Origin: Alphaproteobacteria bacterium
Lineage (GTDB): Bacteria; Pseudomonadota; Alphaproteobacteria; UBA11222
DNA: 63,671 nucleotides
Assembly (NCBI GenBank): GCA_009693835.1
Contig: SHWM01000003.1
Span: forward strand, 1 to 63,671
Direction: 5' to 3'
A program made the translations under genes and the position numbers. The notes under the pieces were generated by a model. That model saw only the letters and a list, made by a program, of their open reading frames with translations, was not told the origin of the DNA and did not search any database. This document shows, piece after piece, positions 61,835 through 63,671 of this stretch; the stretch's first letter is position 1; each line of letters starts with the position of its first letter.

Positions 61835-62067
61835 CAGTTCAGCACAGTAAGATAGCAGTTTCAGATCTCCTTACTCACTCTTCACGCCGGAAAATTTCCG
61901 TCTCTGGTTTTGGGGCCGCTGGTTCAGGGCGCGCTTCTTCAACGAATTCCATCCAAGAGGACAGATTGCCCTGCCCTGAAAAATTGACTAACCTGTTGCA
62001 AGCGCAATGATGTGTAAATATCCCATCAGATGATTCTGACGGGAATAATAGGGGGAGGAGTAAAAAC

Positions 62068-62685
62068 ATGGCGTCAATTCTAACATCCTTGCAGAACACT
62101 ATTATCGCGGCCTTTGTGCTGGCGGCGGTGGTCCTGCTGTTTGCTGTTTCATCGCTGGGCGTCGCCATAGACCATGCCTTTGGCGCGTTTGTGTTTCGCT
62201 GGCTGCATGTAATGTCCGGCGTCATGTGGATCGGGCTGTTGTGGTATCTGAACTTTGTGCAAATGCCGAGCATGCCGAAAATACCCGATGAGCAGAAGCC
62301 CGCCATCGGCAAGGTGATCGCGCCGGAGGTTCTGTTCTGGTTCCGGTGGGCGGCAATGGCTACTATCGTCACAGGCATCATTCTGGCGGCGATGAATGGC
62401 TATCTGGTGGACGCCTATACGCTGGGCGCAAGCCAGGATTTCGCGGTTCCCAAGGATATACTGGTCGGACTCGGCATGTGGTTGGCTACCATCATGTGGT
62501 TCAATGTCTGGTTTGTGATCTGGCCGAATCAGCAGAAGGCGCTGAATATCGATAATAAATTTCCTGACCTCTCCGCCCCTGACAAGGCGGCGGCGGCGCG
62601 CACGGCCATGTTGTTCTCGCGCACCAACACCATGCTGTCGGTGCCCATGCTGTTCTGTATGGTGGGGGCGCAAAACCTGTTGTAA
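62068..62685 (+). CDS. hypothetical integral membrane protein (PuuD-like membrane domain?)
   Basis: 205 aa with a strong SD (GGGGGAGGAG) and about 5 TM segments. The motif FRWLHVMSGVMWIGLLWYLNFVQ recalls the N-terminal membrane domain of PuuD-type proteins. I saw no cytochrome c CxxCH motif. Confidence 0.55.
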   Translation: MASILTSLQNTIIAAFVLAAVVLLFAVSSLGVAIDHAFGAFVFRWLHVMSGVMWIGLLWYLNFVQMPSMPKIPDEQKPAIGKVIAPEVLFWFRWAAMATIVTGIILAAMNGYLVDAYTLGASQDFAVPKDILVGLGMWLATIMWFNVWFVIWPNQQKALNIDNKFPDLSAPDKAAAARTAMLFSRTNTMLSVPMLFCMVGAQNLL

Positions 62686-62703
62686 TCCCGCGATACCTGA
62701 ATC

Positions 62704-62737
62704 AAAAAGGGCCGCTGTTTCCAGCGGCCCTTTTTTT
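62704..62737. terminator. rho-independent bidirectional terminator
   Basis: AAAAA-GGGCCGCTG-tttc-CAGCGGCCC-TTTTTTT lies between the convergent membrane-protein gene and the LLM oxidoreductase gene. Confidence 0.75.
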
Positions 62738-62750
62738 GGCCTGATGAATA

Positions 62751-63671
62751 TCAGGCTTCGAACTTGAAGTGCTTCAGCGCTTCGCGGTCCACAACTGGAT
62801 TGCGCTTGGTGCCATGGGTCAGCTTCACGGAACCCGTCTTGCGTTCAAACGAATCCACGAGGCCAATCTTCTTGGAGTATTCGCGAATTTCCGGAATCAC
62901 ATTCTCGCCCAGCAACTGAATGCTGCGCATGCGGTCTTCATTGCCAACCGGGCCCTGCACCGCAAAGAAGGTGAGCGAACCGGGACGGATCACATCCAAA
63001 ATCTGCTTGATCTTGGGCAGAACCGATTTCGGCGTTCCAATGAGCAGTTGCAGATTGCGCTGGCCTTTCTCAAAGCCTTTGACCAGCTTGGAGCGAATTT
63101 CATCAATATCGGTTGATTTCTGCTTGGGCGCAGGCGCGTCATCGCCGCCTTCCATCTTTTCGCGGCTGACGCCGAGCCAGCTTCCGCCTGGCTGTTTGGC
63201 CAGATTGCGGATGGCGGCCTTGGAATTATATCCAGGCGGCAGAGTGTATTGTGGGGCTGAGAACGCATTCTGTCCGCCGCCAAATACAAAACCGCGGCCC
63301 AGTTTCTGCGCCTTCTCTTCCGTGTCCGCGAGGAAGGTCGGGATCAGGTAACCGAAATTTTCCGGTCCGGCCTGATAGCCATTCTGCGCCGCCTGTTCGG
63401 CATAGAAATCCCACAGATCGCACGTTGGTCCCAGAGACGTGCCAAGGCCGATATAGGGATAGGCATGGTCCGCGCACCACAGCACCGTTTCCGGGCTGAG
63501 AACGCCGGGGATCCACATTTGCGGGTGCGGCTCCTGATACGGCAGCGCCCACGGATTCACGTGCCGGAAATGGAAGTGCTTGCCTTCATACCGCCACGGG
63601 CCGGGTTTGGTCCATGCCTGGATGATGAAGTCATGCGCTTCATTGAACATTTCACGGTTATAGGCGGGATT
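62751..63671 (-). CDS. LLM class (luciferase-like) flavin-dependent oxidoreductase, C-terminal part (5' end beyond the window)
   Basis: The frame is open to the window edge (...NPAYNREMFNEAHDFIIQAWTKPGPWRYEGKHFHFRHVNPWALPYQEPHPQMWIPG...). The pattern resembles LLM-family monooxygenases. This is a family-level call only. Confidence 0.65.
   Translation of the reverse strand, partial: NPAYNREMFNEAHDFIIQAWTKPGPWRYEGKHFHFRHVNPWALPYQEPHPQMWIPGVLSPETVLWCADHAYPYIGLGTSLGPTCDLWDFYAEQAAQNGYQAGPENFGYLIPTFLADTEEKAQKLGRGFVFGGGQNAFSAPQYTLPPGYNSKAAIRNLAKQPGGSWLGVSREKMEGGDDAPAPKQKSTDIDEIRSKLVKGFEKGQRNLQLLIGTPKSVLPKIKQILDVIRPGSLTFFAVQGPVGNEDRMRSIQLLGENVIPEIREYSKKIGLVDSFERKTGSVKLTHGTKRNPVVDREALKHFKFEA

Overview
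This 63.7-kb window is high-GC chromosomal DNA with gene order typical of an alphaproteobacterium: iscR-nifS-sufBCDS, anmK/tyrS divergent, comEC/gltX-gltA, yfgM-bamB-der and guaB-methyltransferase-guaA. I support about 50 protein genes, one tRNA-Gln(CUG), a few terminators and several candidate regulatory sites. I saw no CRISPR array, transposase, integrase, prophage or recognisable defence island. I cannot point to a convincing new multi-gene system, because most of the window is core housekeeping. The observations most worth a second look are: (1) Four inactivating lesions in three accessory genes. comEC has an in-frame TAG plus a frameshift in a homopolymer tract, a GFA-family gene has an in-frame TAA, and a chemoreceptor gene has a 1-nt deletion. 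(2) An AT-rich, ORF-poor 0.9-kb gap next to comEC that may hold a relic of a LexA-like S24 peptidase gene and a small element bounded by inverted repeats. (3) A PleD/PopA-like protein with pseudo-receiver domains and a degenerate GGDEF active site, but an intact RxxD inhibitory site. (4) An overlapping gene pair encoding an M23 peptidase and a bactofilin. (5) The prkA-yeaH-spoVR operon behind a good sigma54-type -24/-12 motif. (6) Four Pho-box-like repeats at 11-bp spacing upstream of an OprP/OprO-type porin. All calls come from reading the sequence and translations by eye and from remembered family signatures. No database searches were run.
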